Below are positions 1 to 9,632 of a DNA stretch of 64,000 nucleotides, in pieces (position 1 is the stretch's first letter; each line of letters begins with the position of its first letter). The translations under genes and the position numbers were made by a program. The notes under the pieces are model-generated. The model had not been told where the DNA came from. It searched no databases and worked only from the letters and a program-made list of their open reading frames with translations. The DNA is from an uncultured Clostridia bacterium. Its GTDB lineage: Bacteria; Bacillota; Limnochordia; Darwinibacteriales; Darwinibacteriaceae. The stretch covers positions 5,576 through 69,575 of the forward strand of contig FIZK01000006.1 of the NCBI GenBank assembly GCA_900018335.1, written 5' to 3'.

Positions 1-554
1 GCGATGAGGAGTTTGACTTTTACGATCTGAAGGGTATCCTGGAGATGCTCTTGCCCTGGTCTGAGCTGGAGTGGAGCAAGGGGCAGGATCCGTCATTCCA
101 TCCCGGGCGCCAGATGAGCCTGAACTATCAAGGCCAGGAAGTAGGAGTGTTCGGCGAGATCCATCCTCAGGTTTTGCGGAGCTACAAGATCCCGGGCAGG
201 GTGTACGCGGCCGAGCTGCGTATTGCAGAGGTTTTGCCCCTCTTCAAAAAGATACCTGAGTTTAGAGCCCTGCCGCGGTTTCCGGCAGTTGATCGCGACT
301 TGGCAGTGGTGGTGGACGCGGATCAGCCTGTAGGCGAAATGCTGGAGGCCCTCGAGGATCTGGCCGGTGAACTCCTGCAGGAAGTCGCGGTTTTCGACGT
401 GTATGCGGGCAAGCCCATCCCCGAAGGCAGGAAGAGTGTGGCCTTTGCCTTCCGCTTCCAGGGCGAACGCACCCTCACGGACGAGGAAATCAATGCCATC
501 ATGGACCGCTGCCGGGAAGGCTTGCGGCAGCGCTTCGGCGCGGAACTGCGCTAG
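1..554 (+). CDS. pheT: phenylalanine--tRNA ligase beta subunit, C-terminal part (5' end lies outside the window)
   Basis: Open frame from the window edge (DEEFDFYDLKGILEMLLP...) with no stop until 554. The FDX-ACB-like C-terminal domain is followed by zapA, as in Bacillus pheST-zapA synteny. Confidence 0.8.
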   Translation, partial: DEEFDFYDLKGILEMLLPWSELEWSKGQDPSFHPGRQMSLNYQGQEVGVFGEIHPQVLRSYKIPGRVYAAELRIAEVLPLFKKIPEFRALPRFPAVDRDLAVVVDADQPVGEMLEALEDLAGELLQEVAVFDVYAGKPIPEGRKSVAFAFRFQGERTLTDEEINAIMDRCREGLRQRFGAELR

Positions 555-602
555 AAGGAAATGGCTAAGTAGAGTAGAATTGAGAAGGGGGAGGGATGGG
601 TC

Positions 603-863
603 GTGAACGCGGAACAAGAGGTAAGATCAGTGCGGGTTCAAATTCTCGGCGAAGAGCATATTGTTAGGGGTCAGGCTTCGGAGGACTACATCAGGGCTCT
701 GGCCGCCTCGGTCAACGAGCGTTTGCTGGAAGTGCAGAGAAACAATCCCTTGCTTCCTCGTCACCGGGTGGCGATCTTGGTGGCCCTCAACCTTCTCAAC
801 GAGCTTGAGAAACTTAAGGCCGAGCATGGGGAGCTTCTGGCGCTGATGGAGGAGGCCAATTGA
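603..863 (+). CDS. zapA: cell division protein ZapA
   Basis: 86 aa with a ZapA-like N-terminal block (VRVQILGEEHIVRG...YIRALAASVNERL) and C-terminal coiled coil. GTG start preceded by a GGGGGAGGGA Shine-Dalgarno. Confidence 0.8.
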   Translation: MNAEQEVRSVRVQILGEEHIVRGQASEDYIRALAASVNERLLEVQRNNPLLPRHRVAILVALNLLNELEKLKAEHGELLALMEEAN

Positions 864-876
864 GTGGAGGGTCGGC

Positions 877-1410
877 ATGGTTGGTAAGTGGATTGACTTA
901 GTGGTCCTGGTGTTCCTGGCCCTAGGTCTGCTCAAGGGCTTTAAAAAAGGCCTTATTCGCGAGCTGTTTAGCTTGATGGGAGCTGTGCTGGCCATCATCA
1001 TTGCCTATCACAGCTATCAGAGCCTTGCCTTGGTGCTGCTGGACCACTATCAGCTGTCTACCTGGCAGGCCCAGACCATCTCTTTTGTGGCTCTGCTCTT
1101 AGGGATCAGTCTACTGGGAGCCTTCTTTGGCTATGTATGGTCGAAGGCCATCAGCTTTACCCCGTTTTCGGTGATTGATCACTTGGGAGGAGCGGTCTTC
1201 GGGGTGATCAAGGTAGTGGCGGTGGTGCTGATTGTGCTCATCGTCTCCAACGCCGTGAACATTGCTGTGCTCAGTACCATGCTGGCCGAATCGGTGGTGC
1301 TGCAGCAGATTGACCTGCTGCGGCCATATGTTTACGATTACTTAGATCAATACTGGCCGGAGGAGTTCCAGCGCCCTTCTTGGCTCCATCCGGCCGCTAA
1401 CTCGGCCTGA
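877..1410 (+). CDS. cvpA: CvpA family membrane protein (colicin V production protein-like)
   Basis: 177 aa, multiple TM helices, CvpA-like; follows zapA as yshB does in Bacillus. Confidence 0.7.
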   Translation: MVGKWIDLVVLVFLALGLLKGFKKGLIRELFSLMGAVLAIIIAYHSYQSLALVLLDHYQLSTWQAQTISFVALLLGISLLGAFFGYVWSKAISFTPFSVIDHLGGAVFGVIKVVAVVLIVLIVSNAVNIAVLSTMLAESVVLQQIDLLRPYVYDYLDQYWPEEFQRPSWLHPAANSA

Positions 1411-1418
1411 AATCGCTG

Positions 1419-1446
1419 GAACCCTGCGAGAGCAGGGTTTTCTTGG
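1419..1446 (+). terminator. rho-independent terminator after cvpA
   Basis: GAACCCTGC-gaga-GCAGGGTT hairpin followed by TTTCTT. Confidence 0.55.
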
Positions 1447-1544
1447 GCCATTTTGCGTTCCTTGGCAGCAGCACCTAGACTTGCCTAAAGGGAACGGGTC
1501 CCGCTGCTAGAAGAATTTCATAGTTCTAGCAGGGGGGTCCATCT

Positions 1545-2249
1545 GTGCGCAGGAGTATTGTTTTGTATTCCAATCTGTGGGCAACAGTGCTCATGTTGGC
1601 TTTATTTGTGGTTTCAAGTGTCACCGGTTCCCGCGCTCCTCAGATTGGCGGAGCCTTGGCGGGCCCACAATATCTGAGGGGAAAAGTGATCGTTTTGGAT
1701 CCGGGGCACGGTGGGGGAGACCCTGGAACAGTGGGTGTGGGCCCCACCACTGAGGCAGAGAATGTTTTGGCCATTGCCTGGGAGCTGAAGGGCATGCTGG
1801 AAAAGGCGGGAGCAGAGGTGATCATGACTAGACAGGGTGATCAGAGCCCTGCTCGAGGCACTGTTTTCGCGGCCCAGCAGAACGGGCAGCTGGCCTCTAG
1901 GGTGGCCATTGCCAACCGCAGTCCCGGGCAGGTTTTTATTTCGCTGCACAACGACTGGAACGATGACAGGAGTATTAAGGGGACCTCGGTTCATTACTAT
2001 AAGAGTCAGGACTTAGCTCTAGCCGAGGCTCTGCAGCGCTCCCTGGTTCGCGGGCTTGAGACGGTTGAATTGGGGGTACAGCGGAGCAGCTTCTACGTGC
2101 TGCGGAACACCACCATGCCCGCGGCCTTGGTCGAAATCGGTTTTTTGAGCAATGCCCAGGAGGCGGCTCGGCTAGCTCAGCCCACTTACCGGCTGGAAGT
2201 GGCCAGGGCACTGCTCATGGGCATCAACGATTACTTTGCGCAAATTTGA
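1545..2249 (+). CDS. cwlD: N-acetylmuramoyl-L-alanine amidase (Amidase_3), CwlD-like germination-specific amidase
   Basis: N-terminal TM followed by VIVLDPGHGGGDPG, EAENVLAIA and MTRQGD motifs typical of Amidase_3/CwlD; 234 aa. GTG start with AGGGGGG Shine-Dalgarno. Confidence 0.75.
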   Translation: MRRSIVLYSNLWATVLMLALFVVSSVTGSRAPQIGGALAGPQYLRGKVIVLDPGHGGGDPGTVGVGPTTEAENVLAIAWELKGMLEKAGAEVIMTRQGDQSPARGTVFAAQQNGQLASRVAIANRSPGQVFISLHNDWNDDRSIKGTSVHYYKSQDLALAEALQRSLVRGLETVELGVQRSSFYVLRNTTMPAALVEIGFLSNAQEAARLAQPTYRLEVARALLMGINDYFAQI

Positions 2250-2261
2250 GGGGGATCCTTA

Positions 2262-4382
2262 GTGGAATTACTGGCACCGGCGGGATCGTTTGCAGCTCTG
2301 CGTGCAGCTGTGGAAAACGGTGCAGATGCAGTATATTTGGGCGGCAAGATGTACAGTGCCCGGGCTTCTGCGGCCAACTTCAGTTCAGAGGAGCTGCAAG
2401 CTGCCCTGGATTACTGTCACATTCGCGGTGTCAAGGTCTACGTATCAGTGAACACTCTGCTGCGTGACGACGAGCTTGATGGCGCTTTGATGTACCTTGC
2501 GGATCTGTACCGCTGGGGGGCGGACGCAGTCATTGTCCAAGACCTGGGCCTAATCAAGAGGGCGCGCCAGGAACTTCCGGAATTGGAGCTGCACGGCAGT
2601 ACTCAGATGACCCTGCACAGCACCGGGGATGTCCAAGCAGCGGAAGATCTGGGCCTTAAGAGGGTTGTCCTCGCCCGTGAACTGGGCCTGGCCGCCATTG
2701 GGGAAATCAAAGCACACACCGCCCTGGAGTTGGAGGTCTTCGTCCACGGCGCCCTCTGCATCTGCTATTCGGGACAGTGTTTGATGAGCAGCCTGATCGG
2801 TGGACGCAGCGGCAACCGCGGCCGCTGCGCTCAGCCCTGCCGCCAGCCCTACCAGATGCTGGGGCTGGATGTGCCTGGACCGTATGTGCTCTCACCGCGG
2901 GATCTTTGCCTCATCCAACACCTGGATGGGCTGCGTCAGGCCGGTGCCGCTTCCCTGAAAATCGAGGGGCGTCTGAAAAGTCCGGATTATGTGGGGGTTG
3001 TGGTGCGCACATATCGGGCAGCTTTGGATGGCCAGCCCTATGAACCCCAGGAACTGAGCTCCGTGTTCAATCGGGGATTTACCACCGCCCATATTAGCGA
3101 TCAGCCGCCAACAGATCTCATAACTTATCTGCCGCCCGCCAGGGAAGAACGCACGGGAAGTGCCCGGGATACATACAGCTCACCCCGGGCCGTGCGGCGC
3201 GTGCGGGCCCATCTCTGGGCTAGACTGCGCCAGGGAGATAGCCTCGAATTGACCCTTGTTGACGAAGACGGGGTGCATGCCCAAGCGCGAGGCAGCATCG
3301 CCGCGGAACCGGCCAAGGGCAGTGGGATCAGCCCAGAGCTGCTCAGGGAGAAGCTGCTGAGGTTGGGCAACGATCCCCTGGAAATCGTGGAGTTCGAAGT
3401 AGAGTTGGAGCAGGGTGTACACCTGCCCGTAAGCGAGCTGAACAGGACCAGGCGCGAGCTGGTGACCCAGTGGGAGAAGCAGCGCTTAGCCGGCTACAAA
3501 CAGCGCGACCTCCCTCCCGGGAGCTCCGCCGTGCCCCTTCCGCCCAAGGCCAAGATGGGTGGTGTGCAAATCGCGGTCACCGTCTCTGATGTGGCTAGTA
3601 CGGAAGCGGCGGTGAAGGCTGGGGCCCACCTGATCTACTTCTCCGGCCAGGTTTACCGCAAGACGCCCCTGGACTGGCTGGCGGAGCTGACGCAGGCCTG
3701 GGAGATAGGCAGGCGCGCGGGAGTGCCGGTGTTCGTTCACCTGGAACGGATCACTGAAAACCACATGTTCCCAGAAATCGAGCGCGCTTTGCTGAGGCAC
3801 AGTTTCGACGGTGTGCTCCTGGGGAACTTCGGGACCTGGCGGCGAGTGAAAACCATGTTTCCCGACATTCCCGTGCACGCGGATTGGTCTTTTAACGTGT
3901 TTAACTCCTGGGCTGTCCAGCACCTGGCAGAGGAAGGAGCCGCTTTGATCACAGCTTCACTGGAGCTTAAGTTGAGTGATATTAAGGCAATCTGCGGGCG
4001 CTCTCCGCTGGATGTTGGTGTTGTGGCTCACGGGCCTTTGGAATCCATGGTCAGCAAGCACTGCTGGTTCAGGGATCAAGGGTGCCGCCTGCAGTGTCAG
4101 AGCCAAACAGTTCAGCTCAAAGATGAGAAGGGTTTTGTGTTTCCCGTTAGATTCGACCGCTGGTGCCGGATGCATATCTTCAATTCTCGGGAGCTTTCCC
4201 TTTTGAATCATCTAGAGCGACTTAAGGACAGTGGAATCAGTTTGTTGAGGGTTGAGGGGCGCACCAAGGATCCTAATTGGATCGGCCAGGTGGTAACGGC
4301 GTACAAACGAAGGCTTGCCGGGGAAGAAGTGCATCTGGCAGGAGAATTCACGAAGGGCCACTATTTTCGTGGTGTGCTGTAA
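2262..4382 (+). CDS. peptidase U32 family protein, long two-domain form (706 aa)
   Basis: N-terminal U32 TIM-barrel signature (LLAPAGS...GADAVYLG, Cys-rich CICYSGQC...CAQPC). A second, degenerate barrel and C-terminal extension follow. Confidence 0.75.
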   Translation: MELLAPAGSFAALRAAVENGADAVYLGGKMYSARASAANFSSEELQAALDYCHIRGVKVYVSVNTLLRDDELDGALMYLADLYRWGADAVIVQDLGLIKRARQELPELELHGSTQMTLHSTGDVQAAEDLGLKRVVLARELGLAAIGEIKAHTALELEVFVHGALCICYSGQCLMSSLIGGRSGNRGRCAQPCRQPYQMLGLDVPGPYVLSPRDLCLIQHLDGLRQAGAASLKIEGRLKSPDYVGVVVRTYRAALDGQPYEPQELSSVFNRGFTTAHISDQPPTDLITYLPPAREERTGSARDTYSSPRAVRRVRAHLWARLRQGDSLELTLVDEDGVHAQARGSIAAEPAKGSGISPELLREKLLRLGNDPLEIVEFEVELEQGVHLPVSELNRTRRELVTQWEKQRLAGYKQRDLPPGSSAVPLPPKAKMGGVQIAVTVSDVASTEAAVKAGAHLIYFSGQVYRKTPLDWLAELTQAWEIGRRAGVPVFVHLERITENHMFPEIERALLRHSFDGVLLGNFGTWRRVKTMFPDIPVHADWSFNVFNSWAVQHLAEEGAALITASLELKLSDIKAICGRSPLDVGVVAHGPLESMVSKHCWFRDQGCRLQCQSQTVQLKDEKGFVFPVRFDRWCRMHIFNSRELSLLNHLERLKDSGISLLRVEGRTKDPNWIGQVVTAYKRRLAGEEVHLAGEFTKGHYFRGVL

Positions 4383-4396
4383 GGTGGTGTGGCTAG

Positions 4397-6742
4397 ATGA
4401 ACGAGAAAAGTTTACGAGTGTTGGAATGGCCCAAGGTGCGGAAACTGGTGGCTGATCGTGCCAGTTTTTCCCTGAGCCGTGAGATGCTTAACGAACTTAT
4501 GCCCAAGACCGATTTGCACCAAGTGATGATGGATCTCTCCTTAACCACCGAAGGGGTACGCCTTTTGTGGAAGCACGGCGAGCCTCCCTTCGGAGGAGCA
4601 AGCGATATCAGGGCGGCGGTGGGGAGGGCCCGTTTGAGCGGCACTTTGGATCCCCAGCAGCTGCTGGCGGTGGCGGACTTTTTGTACTGCACTGCTCAGC
4701 TGAAGAAGTACCTGGAGGATGAAGAAGGGCCGCTGGCTGAGTTTCGCCAGGGGCTCGTTCCCTTGCAGGGGCTGCGGGAGGAGATTGAGCGCTGCCTAGA
4801 CCACGATGGAACGGTGCGGGATTGGGCATCCCCTGAGCTGGGGAGAATCCGCAGCAAGATGCGGACTCTGGCCAATAGGCTCAAGGACCGCCTAGAGAGT
4901 CTTATCCATTCCGCCTCCATGCAGAAGATTTTGCAGGAATCCATTATTACCGTGCGCAATGGCCGCTATGTGGTGCCTGTGAAAAGCGAGTACCGCGGCA
5001 AGTTCCAGGGCATCGTCCACGATCAATCGGGCAGCGGCGCCACGTTATTTATGGAACCGGCTTTTGCCGTGGAGTTGAACAACCAGCTCAGTTTGGCTGC
5101 CCAGGAAGAACAGGCTGAAGTGGAGCGGATCCTAAAGCGTCTAAGCGCGTCCGTGGGAGAGCATGCGCAGGAACTCTTGGGTAACTTGCAGGTCGTGACA
5201 GAATTGGATTGCATCTTTGCCAGGGCGCGCTACAGCCGCGCCATTGACGGTGTGGAGCCAGTAATCAACGGCGAAGGCAGGATTCACATTAAGCAGGGCA
5301 GGCATCCTCTACTCACCGGGAACGTGGTGCCCATTGACATTTGGCTGGGTGAGGATTTCCATGTTCTGGTCATCACCGGGCCGAATACGGGGGGCAAGAC
5401 GGTCACCCTGAAAACGGTGGGCTTGTTCTGCCTCATGGCCCAGGCGGGCCTGCATATCCCGGCAGCCCCAGGCTCCACACTGCCGGTGTTTCAAGGCATC
5501 TACGCGGATATCGGCGACGAGCAGAGCATTGAGCAGAGCCTCAGCACCTTCTCTTCCCACATGAGTACCATCGTGCAGATCCTCAGCGAGCTGCAAGAGG
5601 ATTCCCTGGTGCTGTTGGATGAACTGGGAGCAGGCACCGACCCCACTGAGGGGGCCGCCTTGGCCACGGCCATTTTGGATCATCTGCGCAGCCGCGGGAT
5701 CCACACGGTGGCCACCACCCATTATTCAGAGCTGAAAACCTACGCTTACAGTAATGATGGTGTGGAAAATGCCAGCGTGGAATTTGATTTGCAGACCCTG
5801 AAGCCCACTTACCGTTTGGCCATCGGCATTCCTGGCAAGAGTAATGCCTTTGCCATCTCCAGGCGGCTGGGGCTTGATCAGGAGATCGTGGACAGGGGCC
5901 AGGCCTTGCTGTCTTCCCATCACGTGCGGGTGGAAGATCTCATTGGGGAGATGGAGAGCAGCCGCCGCCAAGCTGAGCAGGACCGCTTGATCGCGGAGTC
6001 CATGCGCCGGGAACAGGAGGAGCTGAAAGCCGAGTACGAGAGGAAACTCCAGGCACTGACAGAGCGTCGGGAGGAGATGTTGGAGCAGGCCCGCCGGGAG
6101 GCGCTGGCGCTGCTGGAAGAGACCCACAGTGAGCTTAACCAGATCTTGGGAGCAGCCAGGCGCATGGGCAAGGACGAACTGGAAACGAGCGTGAAGGAGT
6201 ACCGCGAGCGCATTAAGACGCGCAGCGCCGAACTGCGCGCCCAAAGCCGGGAGCAGCCTAAGGTCCAGGGCCCCCAAGACCTCAAGCGCGGCGAGGCAGT
6301 GCGCATTAAGAGTCTCAGGCAGTCAGGCTTTGTTCTGGAGCCTCCCGGCCCAGACGAAGAGGTTCAGGTACAGGTTGGGATCATGAAAATCACTGTGCCG
6401 CTGGGGGATCTAGAGCGCGTGGAAACCTCCCCAGCGCGGGAACGCCGGGCAGGGGGTACAGTCCGCTCCCATTTGGCCAAGAGCGCCCAGATCCGCAGCG
6501 AACTGGACCTAAGGGGCAAAACGGTGGAGGAAGGACTGGCCTTAGTTGATAAGTACTTAGACGACGCCTTTCTGTCTTCCGTGGGCAGGGTGCGTTTGAT
6601 CCACGGCAAGGGGACCGGTGCCTTGGGCGAGGCCATTCAGGGCTATTTGGCCGGCCATCCCCACGTCAAGGGCTTTCGCTATGCCGACCCCAATCAGGGC
6701 GGGCGGGGCGTTACCGTAGTGGACATCCATCCACCCAACTGA
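4397..6742 (+). CDS. mutS2: endonuclease MutS2 (MutS domain plus C-terminal Smr)
   Basis: 781 aa with Walker A GPNTGGKT, a MutS ATPase core and a C-terminal Smr domain (LDLRGKTVEEGL...RLIHGKGTG). Confidence 0.9.
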   Translation: MNEKSLRVLEWPKVRKLVADRASFSLSREMLNELMPKTDLHQVMMDLSLTTEGVRLLWKHGEPPFGGASDIRAAVGRARLSGTLDPQQLLAVADFLYCTAQLKKYLEDEEGPLAEFRQGLVPLQGLREEIERCLDHDGTVRDWASPELGRIRSKMRTLANRLKDRLESLIHSASMQKILQESIITVRNGRYVVPVKSEYRGKFQGIVHDQSGSGATLFMEPAFAVELNNQLSLAAQEEQAEVERILKRLSASVGEHAQELLGNLQVVTELDCIFARARYSRAIDGVEPVINGEGRIHIKQGRHPLLTGNVVPIDIWLGEDFHVLVITGPNTGGKTVTLKTVGLFCLMAQAGLHIPAAPGSTLPVFQGIYADIGDEQSIEQSLSTFSSHMSTIVQILSELQEDSLVLLDELGAGTDPTEGAALATAILDHLRSRGIHTVATTHYSELKTYAYSNDGVENASVEFDLQTLKPTYRLAIGIPGKSNAFAISRRLGLDQEIVDRGQALLSSHHVRVEDLIGEMESSRRQAEQDRLIAESMRREQEELKAEYERKLQALTERREEMLEQARREALALLEETHSELNQILGAARRMGKDELETSVKEYRERIKTRSAELRAQSREQPKVQGPQDLKRGEAVRIKSLRQSGFVLEPPGPDEEVQVQVGIMKITVPLGDLERVETSPARERRAGGTVRSHLAKSAQIRSELDLRGKTVEEGLALVDKYLDDAFLSSVGRVRLIHGKGTGALGEAIQGYLAGHPHVKGFRYADPNQGGRGVTVVDIHPPN

Positions 6743-6754
6743 AACCCGATCCCA

Positions 6755-6787
6755 AAGAAAAAGGAAGCTCAGGGCTTCCTTTTTTGT
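6755..6787. terminator. bidirectional rho-independent terminator between convergent mutS2 and the PBP1A gene
   Basis: AAGGAAGC-tcag-GCTTCCTT hairpin flanked by an A-run on one side and a T-run on the other. Confidence 0.6.
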
Positions 6788-6795
6788 ATGCTCGC

Positions 6796-8820
6796 TTATT
6801 GATTGAGGAAAGGTATGTTCTGCCACCATGGCTGGGAACAGCGGGGAGAGTATTCCGTTGGTTCCGTCCCAGCGATAAAGATTTCCCTTCTGGTTTCTTC
6901 AGGTGGCAGATTGCAGTTGTCCCGAACCAGCAGACCGGTCTTGGTGTCGATGAGGATGCCTTCCACCAGGCCGCTGGGCTTCGGGAAGTCCCTCACCGGC
7001 GTGTTCTTCAGGGCTTCTTTCATGAAGTTGGCCCAAATCGTAGCCGCATTCCACGACCCGTAGATGACTCCTTGGTAAACCATGCGTTTTGGGGCATCTT
7101 CTCCGAACCAGACGCCCGCCACCAAATCAGGGGTGTAGCCCATGAACCAAGCGTCCTGATAGTCGGAATGCGTACCCGTTTTGCCCGCCGCGGGGCGGCC
7201 AATGTTAGCGTTGCGGCCGGTCCCCCGTTCGATTACTCCGCGGAGCAGATCAGTCATGATGTAACTGGTCGGTTCGCTGAGCACCACTTCATAGCGGGGC
7301 GTATGCTCGTAGAGGACATTGCCCTGGGAGTCGGTTACCCGCCAGATGGCAAAAGGCTCAGACTTGATGCCTTGGTTGGCCAGGACACCGTAGGCCGTTG
7401 CCAGCTCCAGAAGGGATACTCCCCTAGTCATACCGCCCAGCGCCAAGGGGGCCAGGCCAATATCGTTTACCCTTCCTTGTTCCACAAAGGTGGTAATACC
7501 CATCTTTTTGGCATAGTCAATTACAGTTTGCGGTCCTAGTTGATCCACCACTTGGGCAGCTACCACGTTGAGGGAATCTTCCAGGGCTTCCCGCACGGTG
7601 ATGGGCCCGGCAAAGGTTTCGTAGTAGTTGCGCGGGCTCCAGGTCTCCCCAGTGACCAGCTTAAATTCGGTGGGTTCGTCAACGTATACCGTGGCCGGCG
7701 TTATCCCCCTATCGATGGCCGCGGTATAGGCGAACACCTTAATGGCTGAACCTGGAGAACGCAGGGCCTGTACACTGCGGTTGAAGCTGTCTTCGCCCCG
7801 TCCGCCAACCATCACCCGGATCTCACCCGTCTGGGGCACCATGGCCAGCACAGCTCCCTGTGGTTGGGTCAAATCTCCCTCATGGGACCGGTTCACGGGC
7901 AGGCCTTCCAGCAAGGCTTTTTCTGCGGCCTTCTGCATATCCAAATCGAGGGTGGTATATACATGCAGCCCGCCGTTGAAGACCATGTCCTCACCGTACA
8001 TGTCAACGAGTTGGCCTGTCACATAGTCTACGAAGTAACGGGCCTGCACCACCCTGGACTGACGCTCGGCCAGAACCAAGGGCTCGGCTTTGGCTGCCGC
8101 TGCCTCCGCGGCCGTGATGAAGCCCACCTCCTGCATGCGGCTGAGCACGAAATTCCGCCTTTCCACGGCAATATCTGGATTGACGAAAGGCGAGTAGCGG
8201 GTGGGCCAGCGAATTACTCCGGCGATGAGTGCCGCTTCACTCAAGGTCAGATCCTTGGCTGATTTGCCGAAAAACGCCTTTGCTCCTGCTTCTATGCCAT
8301 AGAGACCGTGGTTGAGATAGAACTCGTTTAGGTAAGCCTCTAGAATCTCGTCTTTGGAGTATTTCCGCTCAATCTGCACTGCCCAAAGGAACTCTTCCAG
8401 CTTGCGCATGATGGTCTTCTTTTGGGTTAGAAACACGTTGCGGGCCAGCTGCATGGTGATGGTTCCGCCACCTTGGGCAAAAGACCACTCCTTCAGGTTC
8501 ACTAGGATGGCCCGTCCAAAGGCAATGAAGTTAATACCGTGGTGGTTGTAGAACTGGTCGTCCTCAATGGCGATCACGGCATTTTTTACATGATCGGGCA
8601 GTTCGTTGATGTTCACGGGGATGCGGTTCTGTGTGTATAGATCCGTGATTAATCGTCCGTTGATGTCATAGATGTAAGTAGTGAAGTTCTGGCGGATATT
8701 GACTTGGTCGAGGCTGGGAGCACTGCCCAAATAGGCTGAGACTATCCCTGCAAAGGCGCCCAACAAGGTGGATCCTAGAATTACTAGTATGTATATGGCT
8801 GCGGTCTTTTTTTTCACCAC
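6796..8820 (-). CDS. ponA: class A penicillin-binding protein 1A (transglycosylase/transpeptidase)
   Basis: 674 aa. N-terminal TM, a GT51 motif (EDDQFYNHHGINF; RKLEE), and transpeptidase motifs (SxxK as SAIK, and KTGT). Confidence 0.85.
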   Translation of the reverse strand: MVKKKTAAIYILVILGSTLLGAFAGIVSAYLGSAPSLDQVNIRQNFTTYIYDINGRLITDLYTQNRIPVNINELPDHVKNAVIAIEDDQFYNHHGINFIAFGRAILVNLKEWSFAQGGGTITMQLARNVFLTQKKTIMRKLEEFLWAVQIERKYSKDEILEAYLNEFYLNHGLYGIEAGAKAFFGKSAKDLTLSEAALIAGVIRWPTRYSPFVNPDIAVERRNFVLSRMQEVGFITAAEAAAAKAEPLVLAERQSRVVQARYFVDYVTGQLVDMYGEDMVFNGGLHVYTTLDLDMQKAAEKALLEGLPVNRSHEGDLTQPQGAVLAMVPQTGEIRVMVGGRGEDSFNRSVQALRSPGSAIKVFAYTAAIDRGITPATVYVDEPTEFKLVTGETWSPRNYYETFAGPITVREALEDSLNVVAAQVVDQLGPQTVIDYAKKMGITTFVEQGRVNDIGLAPLALGGMTRGVSLLELATAYGVLANQGIKSEPFAIWRVTDSQGNVLYEHTPRYEVVLSEPTSYIMTDLLRGVIERGTGRNANIGRPAAGKTGTHSDYQDAWFMGYTPDLVAGVWFGEDAPKRMVYQGVIYGSWNAATIWANFMKEALKNTPVRDFPKPSGLVEGILIDTKTGLLVRDNCNLPPEETRREIFIAGTEPTEYSPRCSQPWWQNIPFLNQ

Positions 8821-8936
8821 GACACACCCCCGCGGGATTATTCCAGGACTATTATAACATATATTTTCGCCACTTAATCCCTATCCCCTAGGGGTGCCGC
8901 AGGAAGTTTGCCGGCACTTGAGCGAGGTGAGTGTCC

Positions 8937-9623
8937 GTGATAAACTGGCAAGGGAAGGTAAAGCTGACCTGGCGCACCTATGCAGGGTTGATCCTTTTTG
9001 TCCTGGTCCTGTTTGCGGTGGTCGCCTTGATGATTGTGGAAGTCCGCTTGGCCCCGGTTCTGCATACCTGGGCCCACACCAAGGCCGTGGGCTTGGCCAC
9101 AACAGCCATCAATCTGGCTGTGGAGGAGGTCATGGCTGGCACGCTGGACAGCACCGCCCTGGCCAAGCTGATCCGGGATGGCGACGGCAGTCTGAAGGGT
9201 GTGCAGTACGACATGGGTGCAGTAAACCGCGTGAGCAGCCAGGCTTCCCAGTTGATCTTGAAGAACTTGGAGGATATGGGTCAGCAGGCTTTTGCCATTC
9301 CCCTGGGCCAGCTGACGGGGTTGCGTTTCCTGGCCGCCTGGGGCCCAGACATTCCCGTGCGGATGGTACCCGTAGGCGCCCTCACAGCCACGCCCATGGC
9401 CAGTTTTCAGAGCGCGGGTTTGAACCAGACCTGGCATCGGGTGCTTTTGGATATTGAGGTAATGATGCGGGTGGTGGTACCGCTTTTGGCGGAGGAAATC
9501 GCGGTGTCAGCCAGGGTCCCCATTGTGGAAGAGATTTTCATCGGTGATGTTCCCAGCTGGTACTTTGCCGGTCAGGAGAATCTCACCATCCAAGAGGGCC
9601 TCTTGGAGTTTCCGTTGAATTGA
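8937..9623 (+). CDS. yunB: sporulation protein YunB
   Basis: The ORF opens at GTG 8931; GTG 8937 has better Shine-Dalgarno spacing. N-terminal TM and YunB-family conservation; divergent from the PBP1A gene. Confidence 0.7.
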   Translation: MINWQGKVKLTWRTYAGLILFVLVLFAVVALMIVEVRLAPVLHTWAHTKAVGLATTAINLAVEEVMAGTLDSTALAKLIRDGDGSLKGVQYDMGAVNRVSSQASQLILKNLEDMGQQAFAIPLGQLTGLRFLAAWGPDIPVRMVPVGALTATPMASFQSAGLNQTWHRVLLDIEVMMRVVVPLLAEEIAVSARVPIVEEIFIGDVPSWYFAGQENLTIQEGLLEFPLN

Positions 9624-9632
9624 GGGTAGCCG

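Noticed and set aside
93-617. Long antisense ORFs inside real genes. Examples: 93..617 (-), 5726..6277 (-), 19570..20556 (-), 22407..23780 (-), 33211..34266 (-), 37701..38702 (-), 56657..57937 (-), 51007..51933 (+).
   Set aside because: High-GC DNA gives long stop-free antisense frames. Their products are low-complexity and Arg/Gly/Pro-rich, and each lies fully inside a strongly supported conserved gene on the other strand.
2246-2467. Cys-rich 73-aa ORF (CSSACSCGKRCRCS...) overlapping the U32 gene start.
   Set aside because: It is an alternative frame of the U32 N-terminus with no Shine-Dalgarno; the cysteine richness is a GC-frame artefact.
8821-8930. Sigma-E-type promoter for yunB (CATATATT) in the PBP1A/yunB divergent region.
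   Set aside because: A -35-like ATATT is present, but no CATACA-T -10 lies at the right spacing.
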